A stretch of DNA of 20,000 nt from an uncultured virus (IMG/VR IMGVR_UViG_3300030012_003600) (Duplodnaviria; Heunggongvirae; Uroviricota; Caudoviricetes), in the IMG/VR virus record IMGVR_UViG_3300030012_003600, one strand, 5' to 3'. The notes below the pieces were generated by a model. That model ran no database searches. It was not told where the DNA came from and saw nothing but the letters and a program-made list of their open reading frames with translations. Numbering within the stretch: the stretch's first letter is position 1; the number at the start of each line of letters is the position of its first letter. The position numbers and the translations under genes are program-made. Positions 1 through 7,113 of this stretch are shown here, piece after piece.

Positions 1-561
1 ACTGAGTATGAGAAGTTAGAAACCTTCAAAAACAACTTAAGAGAAACCTACGACGATCTCGCATCTAGACGGGACACTATTAACTATTACGATTTCTCGT
101 ATAGTCTCCTAAAAGACGGTGGAGTAAAAACTAAAATTATCAAGAAGTATCTTCCTTTGATCAATCAACAGGTCAATCGATATCTTCAACTGATGGATTT
201 CTATATTAACTTTACTCTTGATGAAGAGTTTAACGAAACCGTCCAGTCCCCCATTCACGAAGACTTTTCTTATTCTTCTTTCAGCGAGGGAGAGAAAATG
301 AGAATTGATCTAGCACTTTTGTTTACCTGGAGAGAGGTGGCAAGAATGAAGAACTCCGTTAATACAAATTTGCTAATTATGGATGAGGTGTTTGATAGTT
401 CACTAGATGGAGTTGGCACAGAAGATTTTTTAAAAATTATTCGATTTATAATTAAAGATGCAAATATCTTTGTCATATCGCATAAAGAGTCTCTTCATGA
501 TAAATTTGCAGACGTTATTAGATTTGAAAAACATAAAGGATTCTCACGTTTAGTTTCTTAA
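1..561 (+). CDS. gp46: Recombination endonuclease ATPase subunit gp46 (Rad50/SbcC-like), 5' truncated by window
   Basis: Frame is open from base 1 (TEYEKLETFKNN...LLKDGGVKTKIIKKYLP). ABC signature FSEGEKMRIDLAL, Walker B/D-loop LLIMDEVFDSSLD and H-loop VISHK are present. The ORF-track start at 157 is internal. Confidence 0.95.
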   Translation, partial: TEYEKLETFKNNLRETYDDLASRRDTINYYDFSYSLLKDGGVKTKIIKKYLPLINQQVNRYLQLMDFYINFTLDEEFNETVQSPIHEDFSYSSFSEGEKMRIDLALLFTWREVARMKNSVNTNLLIMDEVFDSSLDGVGTEDFLKIIRFIIKDANIFVISHKESLHDKFADVIRFEKHKGFSRLVS

Positions 562-569
562 AGAAAAAT

Positions 570-589
570 TAATAATTTGTAAATTATTA
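570..589. promoter_or_regulatory. Perfect AT-rich inverted repeat TAATAATTT-gt-AAATTATTA (possible operator)
   Basis: 9-bp arms with a 2-nt spacer in the intergenic region after gp46; function inferred only. Confidence 0.3.
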
Positions 590-705
590 CTCAACTTCAT
601 TAAAAATTAGAAATGTTTCTATTTCCTGACTAGATAGTGTAGAATTGGAGAAACGAATGAATTAAAATTTTTTCGTTATTTTTTGTCCACAGCATGGAGA
701 AGATC

Positions 706-888
706 ATGCATAATCTTATTTCTTATAATCAGTTGGCGGGTTGGAAGCAAAGCATCCATCGATTGACTAAGACACTAGACCATACCATGGAGGAGTCTGA
801 TTTACTTAACGACTATTACGATTGCCTAATAGAATGCAGCGACGATCAAGCATCATGCAAAAGAATTTGCCGAAGCATTCTAGCCTGA
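706..888 (+). CDS. Small Cys-rich hypothetical protein (Cx3C-x6-Cx3C), 60 aa
   Basis: GGAG Shine-Dalgarno at 696-699 fits ATG 706 (MHNLISYNQLAGW...). C-terminus DCLIECSDDQASCKRICR. Followed by a UUCG hairpin. Confidence 0.75.
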   Translation: MHNLISYNQLAGWKQSIHRLTKTLDHTMEESDLLNDYYDCLIECSDDQASCKRICRSILA

Positions 889-897
889 CCACTTGTA

Positions 898-954
898 GAC
901 AATAGGAGAACTGTCACTTAGTGCCCTCTGCTTCGGCAGGGGGTTTAGTATTAT
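898..954 (+). promoter_or_regulatory. Putative early promoter: GACAAT-N6-ACTGTC palindrome, hairpin, -10 TATTAT
   Basis: Palindrome 898-915, stem-loop 924-943, TATTAT 949-954, ATG 976. Same architecture at 3196-3251 and 9397-9450. Confidence 0.65.
924..946 (+). terminator. GC-rich stem-loop CCCTCTGC-TTCG-GCAGGGGG followed by a short T run
   Basis: cUUCGg tetraloop hairpin 36 nt after the stop at 888; the U-tract is short. Confidence 0.55.
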
Positions 955-975
955 AAGAACAACTAAGACAAACGC

Positions 976-3066
976 ATGGCAGTTCAACAGGAAATTAAAT
1001 CTCAACTTGCTAAACTCCTTGCCACCGAGGACTTAATTGTTGAGCACAAAAATTGTGAGACTGCATCATTTAATGTTCACACTCGTTTGCTTACACTTCC
1101 GATGTGGGATAAAGCAACCAATATTGTTTATGATTTGTTGGTAGGGCACGAAGTAGGTCATGCCTTGTTTACACCTGACGAAGATCCTCCAGCACACGTT
1201 CCTTTTCAGTTTGTCAACGTTGTAGAGGATGCTCGTATTGAAAAGATGATGAAACGCAAGTATCCTGGTCTTGCAAAAACATTTTTCAAAGGATATCAAG
1301 AACTAAATGAAGAGGACTTCTTTTCTATTTCTGATGGGGATGTTGCTAATTTTAATCTTGCTGACCGTGCAAATCTATACTTTAAGGTCGGTAATTTTGT
1401 AGACATTTCTTTTACTCAAGAAGAGGATATAATCATTCGTATGATTGAAGATTGTGAAACCTTTGAGGATGTTGTTCGTGTTGCTGAAATTCTTCACAAT
1501 TATTGTAAGAAAAAGAAAGAAGATAAACCTGAAGTTCCAATGCCTTCTCAGTCAGATGAGGGACAAGTTTCACCTAATTCTGAATCTGAGCAACAGATTG
1601 AGGATACTGATGAGGAAGGAACTGAACCTCCTGATCAACAATCAATTAGCAATGATTCGTCACCAGATATATTAAGTGATGATATTGAGGTACAAACTGC
1701 TGATGCCCTAAGTGATAATATCAAGGATCTGATTCGTGATACTTTGTATGAGAACAATTATGTTGAGATTCCTAATCTAGATTTTAAATCGGTTGTTGTT
1801 GATAATATCGACATTCATGAGTACTGCAACACACATTTTTATCGTTATCATGAATTTCCTGAAACCTTTGATGAACCTGACAAGATGTTCGTTGAGTTCA
1901 AACGTTCTGCTCAAAAGGAGGTGAATTATCTTGTCAAAGAATTTGAATGTCGCAAATCTGCTGCTGCTTATTCTCGTTCTTCTGTGGCTCGTACTGGAGT
2001 CCTTGATTGCAGCAGACTCCATACCTACAAATACAACGAAGATCTTTTTAAGAAAGTCACCGTTCTTCCAGAAGGTAAGAACCATGGACTAATTTTTGTT
2101 CTTGATTGGTCCGGTTCTATGTCATCAGTTATGACTGATACATGTAAGCAACTGTTTAATTTGATTTGGTTCTGTAAGAAAGTTTCTATTCCTTTTGAGG
2201 TATATGCTTTCTCTAATGAATGGAATCAACATTACTATGATGAAAACGGTAATTCAATTGTTCCTCCTATAACACCTCATTACGTAAAGAAGGAGAATCT
2301 TCTTTCGGTTGATGATAGGTTCTCAATGCTTAACATTCTTACTAGTAAAACTTCTGGTAAAGAACTTGAAAAACAGATGAAAAATATCTGGAGACTTGCT
2401 CATGCATTCGGTCGAACATATCAAGCACGGTATTCTTGGCCAGAACGACTTTCTCTTTCAGGCACTCCTCTAAATGAGTCTCTTGTAGCACTTCATACTA
2501 TCCTTCCTAAGTTTCAGAAAGAAAACAAACTACAGAAAGTTCAATGCATCATTTTGACTGATGGTGAGGCAAACCAATTGTCTTATCATACAGAAATCAA
2601 AACTGGTCGATTTGAACCTTATATTGGTAATCGACGTTGTGATTGTGAATCCACTATTCTTCGTGATCGTAAACTAGGAACTACCTATAAGTTTGGTTGG
2701 GGATATCATGAATTTACCAAGACTATGCTTCGTAATCTAAAAGATAAATTTCCTCAGGTAAACTTTATTGGCATCCGTGTTCTTGAAGGTCGTAATATTA
2801 ACAATTTTATTAAATTATTTTATTCTTCTTACAATGAGGTTACTAAACTGCAGCAGGATTGGAAAAAGACTCGTAGTATTTGCATCAAAGAATCTGGATA
2901 TGATGCATATTTTGCACTTTCCAGTAGTTCTCTGTCACAGGATTCCTCATTTGATGTTGATGATGGTGCTACTAAGGCAAAGATTAAATCTGCTTTTGTT
3001 AAGTCTTTGAAGGTCAAAAAACTAAATAAAAAAGTTCTTGGAGAGTTTATTTCACTAGTAGTATGA
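976..3066 (+). CDS. CobT-like protein: N-terminal HEXXH metallopeptidase-like domain, acidic linker, C-terminal VWA domain
   Basis: HEVGH plus NVVEDARIE motif; acidic low-complexity linker; MIDAS elements LDWSGSM, SGTP and LTDGE; lies upstream of a MoxR/CobS ATPase. Confidence 0.85.
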   Translation: MAVQQEIKSQLAKLLATEDLIVEHKNCETASFNVHTRLLTLPMWDKATNIVYDLLVGHEVGHALFTPDEDPPAHVPFQFVNVVEDARIEKMMKRKYPGLAKTFFKGYQELNEEDFFSISDGDVANFNLADRANLYFKVGNFVDISFTQEEDIIIRMIEDCETFEDVVRVAEILHNYCKKKKEDKPEVPMPSQSDEGQVSPNSESEQQIEDTDEEGTEPPDQQSISNDSSPDILSDDIEVQTADALSDNIKDLIRDTLYENNYVEIPNLDFKSVVVDNIDIHEYCNTHFYRYHEFPETFDEPDKMFVEFKRSAQKEVNYLVKEFECRKSAAAYSRSSVARTGVLDCSRLHTYKYNEDLFKKVTVLPEGKNHGLIFVLDWSGSMSSVMTDTCKQLFNLIWFCKKVSIPFEVYAFSNEWNQHYYDENGNSIVPPITPHYVKKENLLSVDDRFSMLNILTSKTSGKELEKQMKNIWRLAHAFGRTYQARYSWPERLSLSGTPLNESLVALHTILPKFQKENKLQKVQCIILTDGEANQLSYHTEIKTGRFEPYIGNRRCDCESTILRDRKLGTTYKFGWGYHEFTKTMLRNLKDKFPQVNFIGIRVLEGRNINNFIKLFYSSYNEVTKLQQDWKKTRSICIKESGYDAYFALSSSSLSQDSSFDVDDGATKAKIKSAFVKSLKVKKLNKKVLGEFISLVV

Positions 3067-3212
3067 CAAATGAAAAAGATTGGAAAGAGATTGCTAAAGC
3101 ATCTGAAAAAGATCCTAAAGTGATTGATATTTTAGAGAATGGTCCTAGATCTCTTACCCAGGCATGGTTATTGCAAGCAATGAGATATAAGTATGGACAG
3201 TCTGAGAACTGA
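3063..3212 (+). CDS. Hypothetical protein, 49 aa (MTNEKDWKEIAKASEKDPKVIDILENGPRSLTQAWLLQAMRYKYGQSEN), absent from ORF track
   Basis: ATGA overlap with the stop of the VWA gene; fills the gap before the next promoter. Confidence 0.7.
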   Translation: MTNEKDWKEIAKASEKDPKVIDILENGPRSLTQAWLLQAMRYKYGQSEN

Positions 3213-3251
3213 TACAAGGAGGTCTACAAGACCTCCTTTCTGCTTTATAAT
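3196..3251 (+). promoter_or_regulatory. Putative early promoter: GACAGT-N6-ACTGAT palindrome, hairpin, -10 TATAAT
   Basis: CAGT 3198-3201 / ACTG 3208-3211; 10-bp stem AAGGAGGTCT-aca-AGACCTCCTT 3216-3238 (may double as terminator); TATAAT 3246-3251. Confidence 0.7.
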
Positions 3252-3275
3252 TACTTTGTTGAAACGAACCACACA

Positions 3276-4349
3276 ATGTCCCGCATCAAAATGACCGACG
3301 ATCAAATTATTCAAGATCTTCAAGATCAGTATGGTGCTAAGATTACCTCTGGTGAGGTTAAGGCATATTGTCAGATGAATGACTTGTCTTATCCTACTGT
3401 AACTCGTCGTCTTGAAAACTTTAAGGTCGGTCGTGGTAAATGGGATCTTACTGTCAAAGAAAAACTTGAGCAGTCTTTTCAAGCACCTGCTGCTCTACCT
3501 GCTGTAGAACAAAACCTTATTCCACAAAAAGATGATTCCTTCGTCCAGTTTGGCAATTTTGGTGACGTTAAAAAAATTATTAAATCCGGTCTCTTCTACC
3601 CTACGTTTATTACGGGTCTTTCGGGTAATGGTAAAACGTTTTCTATTGAACAAGCGTGTTCTCAACTCGGCCGAGAATTGATTCGTGTCAACATCACAGT
3701 TGAAACCGATGAAGATGATCTTATTGGTGGTTTCCGTCTTGTTAATGGTGAGACCGTCTGGCACAATGGCCCAGTCATCGAAGCACTGCACCGAGGTGCC
3801 GTGTTGCTACTTGACGAAATCGACCTTGCTAGTAACAAAATCCTTTGCCTTCAATCCATTCTTGAAGGTAAAGGAGTTTTTCTCAAAAAAATCGGAAAGT
3901 TCATTGCACCCGCAGACGGATTTCAAGTATTTGCAACGGCAAACACTAAGGGTAAGGGATCCGAGGACGGACGATTTATTGGAACTAACGTGCTTAACGA
4001 GGCATTTTTAGAAAGATTTCCTGTAACTTTTGAGCAGGAGTATCCAGCTACTGCTATTGAGCAAAAAATACTTGGCAAGATTTGTGATGATGCTGACTTC
4101 TGTAAACGACTTGCTGATTGGGCAGACATTATTCGCAAAACGTTCTATGATGGTGGCATCGAGGAAATTATTAGCACTCGTCGTTTGGTTCATATTGTAA
4201 AGGCATACAGCATCTTTGGAGACAAGGCAAAAGCAATTCAAGTATGTGTAAACCGTTTCGATGATGAAACTAAGCAAGCATTCTTGGAACTGTATGACAA
4301 AGTTGATGTTGACTTCCAAATGCCGATTGACGAACAAAAACTTTCTTGA
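3276..4349 (+). CDS. cobS: CobS-like MoxR-family AAA+ ATPase
   Basis: Walker A GLSGNGKT, Walker B LLLDEID, ATANTKG sensor, NEAFLERF Arg finger, ISTRRL sensor 2; conserved position in cyanomyoviruses. Confidence 0.9.
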   Translation: MSRIKMTDDQIIQDLQDQYGAKITSGEVKAYCQMNDLSYPTVTRRLENFKVGRGKWDLTVKEKLEQSFQAPAALPAVEQNLIPQKDDSFVQFGNFGDVKKIIKSGLFYPTFITGLSGNGKTFSIEQACSQLGRELIRVNITVETDEDDLIGGFRLVNGETVWHNGPVIEALHRGAVLLLDEIDLASNKILCLQSILEGKGVFLKKIGKFIAPADGFQVFATANTKGKGSEDGRFIGTNVLNEAFLERFPVTFEQEYPATAIEQKILGKICDDADFCKRLADWADIIRKTFYDGGIEEIISTRRLVHIVKAYSIFGDKAKAIQVCVNRFDDETKQAFLELYDKVDVDFQMPIDEQKLS

Positions 4350-4355
4350 TATAAT
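4327..4355 (+). promoter_or_regulatory. Sigma70-type promoter TTGACG-N17-TATAAT with extended -10 TG
   Basis: TTGACG 4327-4332, TG 4347-4348, TATAAT 4350-4355; overlaps the end of cobS. Confidence 0.8.
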
Positions 4356-4356
4356 T

Positions 4357-4863
4357 ATGGCTAACTCTTGGAGTTTTCTTTCTGACGAAATTATGAGCAC
4401 CAATGAAATTTATGAAGATTCTCTATCGGGAATTACTTCAGCAACTAAAGAAGATTGGAATGATTTCTGGACAGGTGATGGAATTAGTTTGACTGATAAT
4501 CCATATTATCGGACGGATACCATTACTATTAATGATGATCAAACTATTAACCTTGATATGACAAGTAACAACCCCACTAGATTTAAATACAGTGAAGAAC
4601 GTATTCTAAAAGAACTGACTGAATACATTTCTGATACATACACTGCTCACTACTCTGCCGGTGATGATAAAGTACAAACACTTGATTTGATTGAAGCATG
4701 TGGTGATGGTGAATCTTTCTGCCGCAGTAATATCCTCAAGTATGCCTCACGTTATGATAAGAAAGGTACAGCCCGACGTGACATTATGAAGATCTTGCAT
4801 TATGCTGTTCTTCTAATGCATTTTAATGACAAGAATGCTCAACGTGAAATTTACCCTCAGTGA
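4357..4863 (+). CDS. DUF3310-like protein (T7 gp1.7 nucleotide-kinase-like domain) with acidic N-terminal extension
   Basis: C-terminal HY...QTLDLIE...FCRSNILKYASRYDKKG..RRDIMKILHY pattern. Start uncertain (4357 or 4393); the ORF-track start at 4261 overlaps cobS and is unlikely. Confidence 0.7.
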   Translation: MANSWSFLSDEIMSTNEIYEDSLSGITSATKEDWNDFWTGDGISLTDNPYYRTDTITINDDQTINLDMTSNNPTRFKYSEERILKELTEYISDTYTAHYSAGDDKVQTLDLIEACGDGESFCRSNILKYASRYDKKGTARRDIMKILHYAVLLMHFNDKNAQREIYPQ

Positions 4864-5546
4864 TGAAAATTCGTAATCCAATGAAACTGTCCGACAAAAC
4901 TCTTTCTGTTCTGAAGAACTTCTCCTCTATCAATCAGTCTATTTTATTTAAAGAGGGTAATAAACTTCGCACTATTAGTGTGATGAAAAATATTCTTGCT
5001 GAAGCAACTGTAACTGAAGACTTTTCAAAAGACTTTGGTATCTATGATCTTAATCAGTTCCTTAATGGTCTGAGTCTTCACGCAAGTCCTGAACTTGACT
5101 TTGGGAATGAAGGATATGTTGTTATCCGTGAAGGCAAGATGCGTTCTAAGTATTTCTTTGCTGATCCGAATGTCATTGTTACTCCTCCCGAAAAGGCAAT
5201 TAATCTACCTAGTGAAGATGTCTGTTTTGAACTGAGTACAGATCAACTTGATAAATTGTTGAAAGCAGCAGCAGTATATCAACTGCCTGATATCTCCGCA
5301 GTAGGTGAATCTGGTGTTATTAAACTGGTTGTTCGTGACAAGAAAAATGACACCTCTAATGATTTTGCTATCGTTGTTGGTGAGACTGAGAAAGAGTTCT
5401 CTTTCAACTTTAAGGTAGAAAATATCAAGGTTCTTCCTGGCACGTATGAAGTTGTGGTGTCTCAGAAACTTCTCTCTCGTTTCACTTCTAAAAATCATGA
5501 CCTCACTTACTACATCGCACTTGAACCCGACTCCACCTTCGGGTAA
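4863..5546 (+). CDS. gp45: DNA polymerase sliding clamp gp45
   Basis: MKLSDKTLSVLKNFSSINQSI, FGIYDLNQFL and YYIALE match T4 gp45. Start at 4863 or 4881. Confidence 0.95.
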   Translation: MKIRNPMKLSDKTLSVLKNFSSINQSILFKEGNKLRTISVMKNILAEATVTEDFSKDFGIYDLNQFLNGLSLHASPELDFGNEGYVVIREGKMRSKYFFADPNVIVTPPEKAINLPSEDVCFELSTDQLDKLLKAAAVYQLPDISAVGESGVIKLVVRDKKNDTSNDFAIVVGETEKEFSFNFKVENIKVLPGTYEVVVSQKLLSRFTSKNHDLTYYIALEPDSTFG

Positions 5547-5640
5547 AAGGGATTATCCGTATCCACTGTATGCTCCATGGACTGCAGTGGAAGCGGGTAA
5601 AAAACAATTTCGTGAATGGTTAAAAAAACAACAAGAATGA
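5497..5640 (+). CDS. Small hypothetical ORF (47 aa) overlapping the gp45 3' end in the +1 frame
   Basis: Fills the gp45-speD gap; its TGA overlaps the speD ATG (ATGA 5637-5640); no clear Shine-Dalgarno, so the start is uncertain. Confidence 0.45.
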   Translation: MTSLTTSHLNPTPPSGKRDYPYPLYAPWTAVEAGKKQFREWLKKQQE

Positions 5641-5972
5641 AACATATTCTTTTTACCCTTAAAGGTTGTCCGTTTGAATCTCTTGATAATAAAGGATTTA
5701 TTCGGATGCTTTTATATAATGCAACAAAAAAATGTAAATCTACACTTTTAAATCTTGCGGTTCATAAATTTGAACCTCAAGGAGTTACTGGCATTGCTAT
5801 GTTAGCAGAAAGTCATATTTCTATTCATACATGGCCAGAAAAGGGTATAGCAGTTTGTGATGTTTTTACCTGCGGTGATACCGCAGAACCTGAAAATGGT
5901 GTAGAATATATGAAAGAACAATTGAAAGCAACTGATATTGTGTCTCATGAATTTGTTCGTCCTTTGGAATGA
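5637..5972 (+). CDS. speD: S-adenosylmethionine decarboxylase proenzyme (class 1B)
   Basis: HKFEPQGVTG, LAESHISIHTWPE (pyruvoyl self-cleavage E-S) and DVFTCG motifs. Confidence 0.93.
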   Translation: MKHILFTLKGCPFESLDNKGFIRMLLYNATKKCKSTLLNLAVHKFEPQGVTGIAMLAESHISIHTWPEKGIAVCDVFTCGDTAEPENGVEYMKEQLKATDIVSHEFVRPLE

Positions 5973-5974
5973 TT

Positions 5975-6919
5975 ATGCGTAATGAATTTCTTTGGGTTGA
6001 AAAGTATCGACCTAAAACTATTGAAGATTGTATTTTACCAACAAATATTAAGAAGACTTTTCAAGACTTCCTAGATAAAGGTGAGGTGCCAAATCTACTT
6101 CTTGCTGGACCTGCTGGGTGTGGTAAAACAACCGTAGCTAAAGCACTTTGTAACGAACTGGGGGTAGACGTTTATGTCATCAATGGATCAGATGAGGGAC
6201 GTTTTCTTGATACGGTCAGAAATACTGCAAAAAATTTCGCTTCGACCGTCTCACTTCAAGCAACTGGCAGACACAAAGTCATCATCATCGATGAAGCCGA
6301 TAACACAACAAACGATGTACAACTCCTCCTTAGGGCGTTTACGGAGGAGTTTTCTGGCAATTGCAGATTCATCTTCACCTGCAATTTTAAAAACAAAATT
6401 ATCGAACCTCTCCACTCCAGATGTGCCTGCATTGACTTTTCCGTCAATTCCAAAAGCAAACCCCAACTTGCAGCACAGTTCTTCAAAAGAATCCAAGAAA
6501 TCTTGGTTGCAGAAAGTGTTGAATATGATAACAAGGTCCTGGTAGAATTAATTAATAAGCACTTCCCAGATTGGCGACGTGTTTTAAATGAATGCCAACG
6601 CTACTCTGCTGGTGGTAAGATTGACTCTGGCATTCTTGCAACCTTTAGTGATGTAAAAGTAAATGACTTGGTTAAGAAACTTAAGGAAAAAGATTTTCCC
6701 GAAGTACGTAAATGGGTTGTCAATAACCTGGACAACGATACTTCTGTTCTATTGCGTCGTATTTACGATGCTTGTTATGATTCCATGGTTCCGAATAGTA
6801 TTCCTGCTGCTGTGCTTACTCTTGCTAAGTATCAGTATCAAATGGCATTTGTGGCGGATCAAGAAATAAATATGCTTGCGTGTCTAACCGAAATTATGGT
6901 GGAGTGTGAATTCAAATGA
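5975..6919 (+). CDS. gp44: Clamp loader ATPase subunit gp44
   Basis: LWVEKYRP, Walker A GPAGCGKTT, IIIDEAD, PLHSRC. Alternative start at 5969. Confidence 0.96.
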   Translation: MRNEFLWVEKYRPKTIEDCILPTNIKKTFQDFLDKGEVPNLLLAGPAGCGKTTVAKALCNELGVDVYVINGSDEGRFLDTVRNTAKNFASTVSLQATGRHKVIIIDEADNTTNDVQLLLRAFTEEFSGNCRFIFTCNFKNKIIEPLHSRCACIDFSVNSKSKPQLAAQFFKRIQEILVAESVEYDNKVLVELINKHFPDWRRVLNECQRYSAGGKIDSGILATFSDVKVNDLVKKLKEKDFPEVRKWVVNNLDNDTSVLLRRIYDACYDSMVPNSIPAAVLTLAKYQYQMAFVADQEINMLACLTEIMVECEFK

Positions 6920-7113
6920 AAAAATCTAGACAAAAAAAATCCAGAACGTATTACTACTTCTGGTCATTCATGGCACTTACAGTATTCCTTGGACAACTTT
7001 ATGTTGGAACGGGATATCGTCTTCTGAATAACAGTATGCAAGAAATATTTGATAAAGTTGATGGAGTAATTCTCCGAAATGCAGAACCTTATGATGAACC
7101 TGATTATCTCTGA
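6916..7113 (+). CDS. Small hypothetical protein, probable single-pass membrane protein
   Basis: Basic N-terminus followed by hydrophobic YYYFWSFMALTVFLGQLYVG; coupled by overlaps to both neighbours. Confidence 0.65.
   Translation: MKKSRQKKSRTYYYFWSFMALTVFLGQLYVGTGYRLLNNSMQEIFDKVDGVILRNAEPYDEPDYL

Noticed and set aside
579..590. NtcA site at GTAAATTATTAC
   Set aside because: Spacing is GTA-N6-TAC, not the canonical GTA-N8-TAC.
706..888. CP12 (Calvin cycle inhibitor) assignment for the small Cys-rich protein
   Set aside because: Lacks the AWD.VEEL core and the C-terminal CxxxPxxxxC pattern; cysteine spacing differs.
4261..4356. N-terminal extension of the DUF3310-like ORF
   Set aside because: Overlaps cobS by about 90 nt and spans a consensus promoter.
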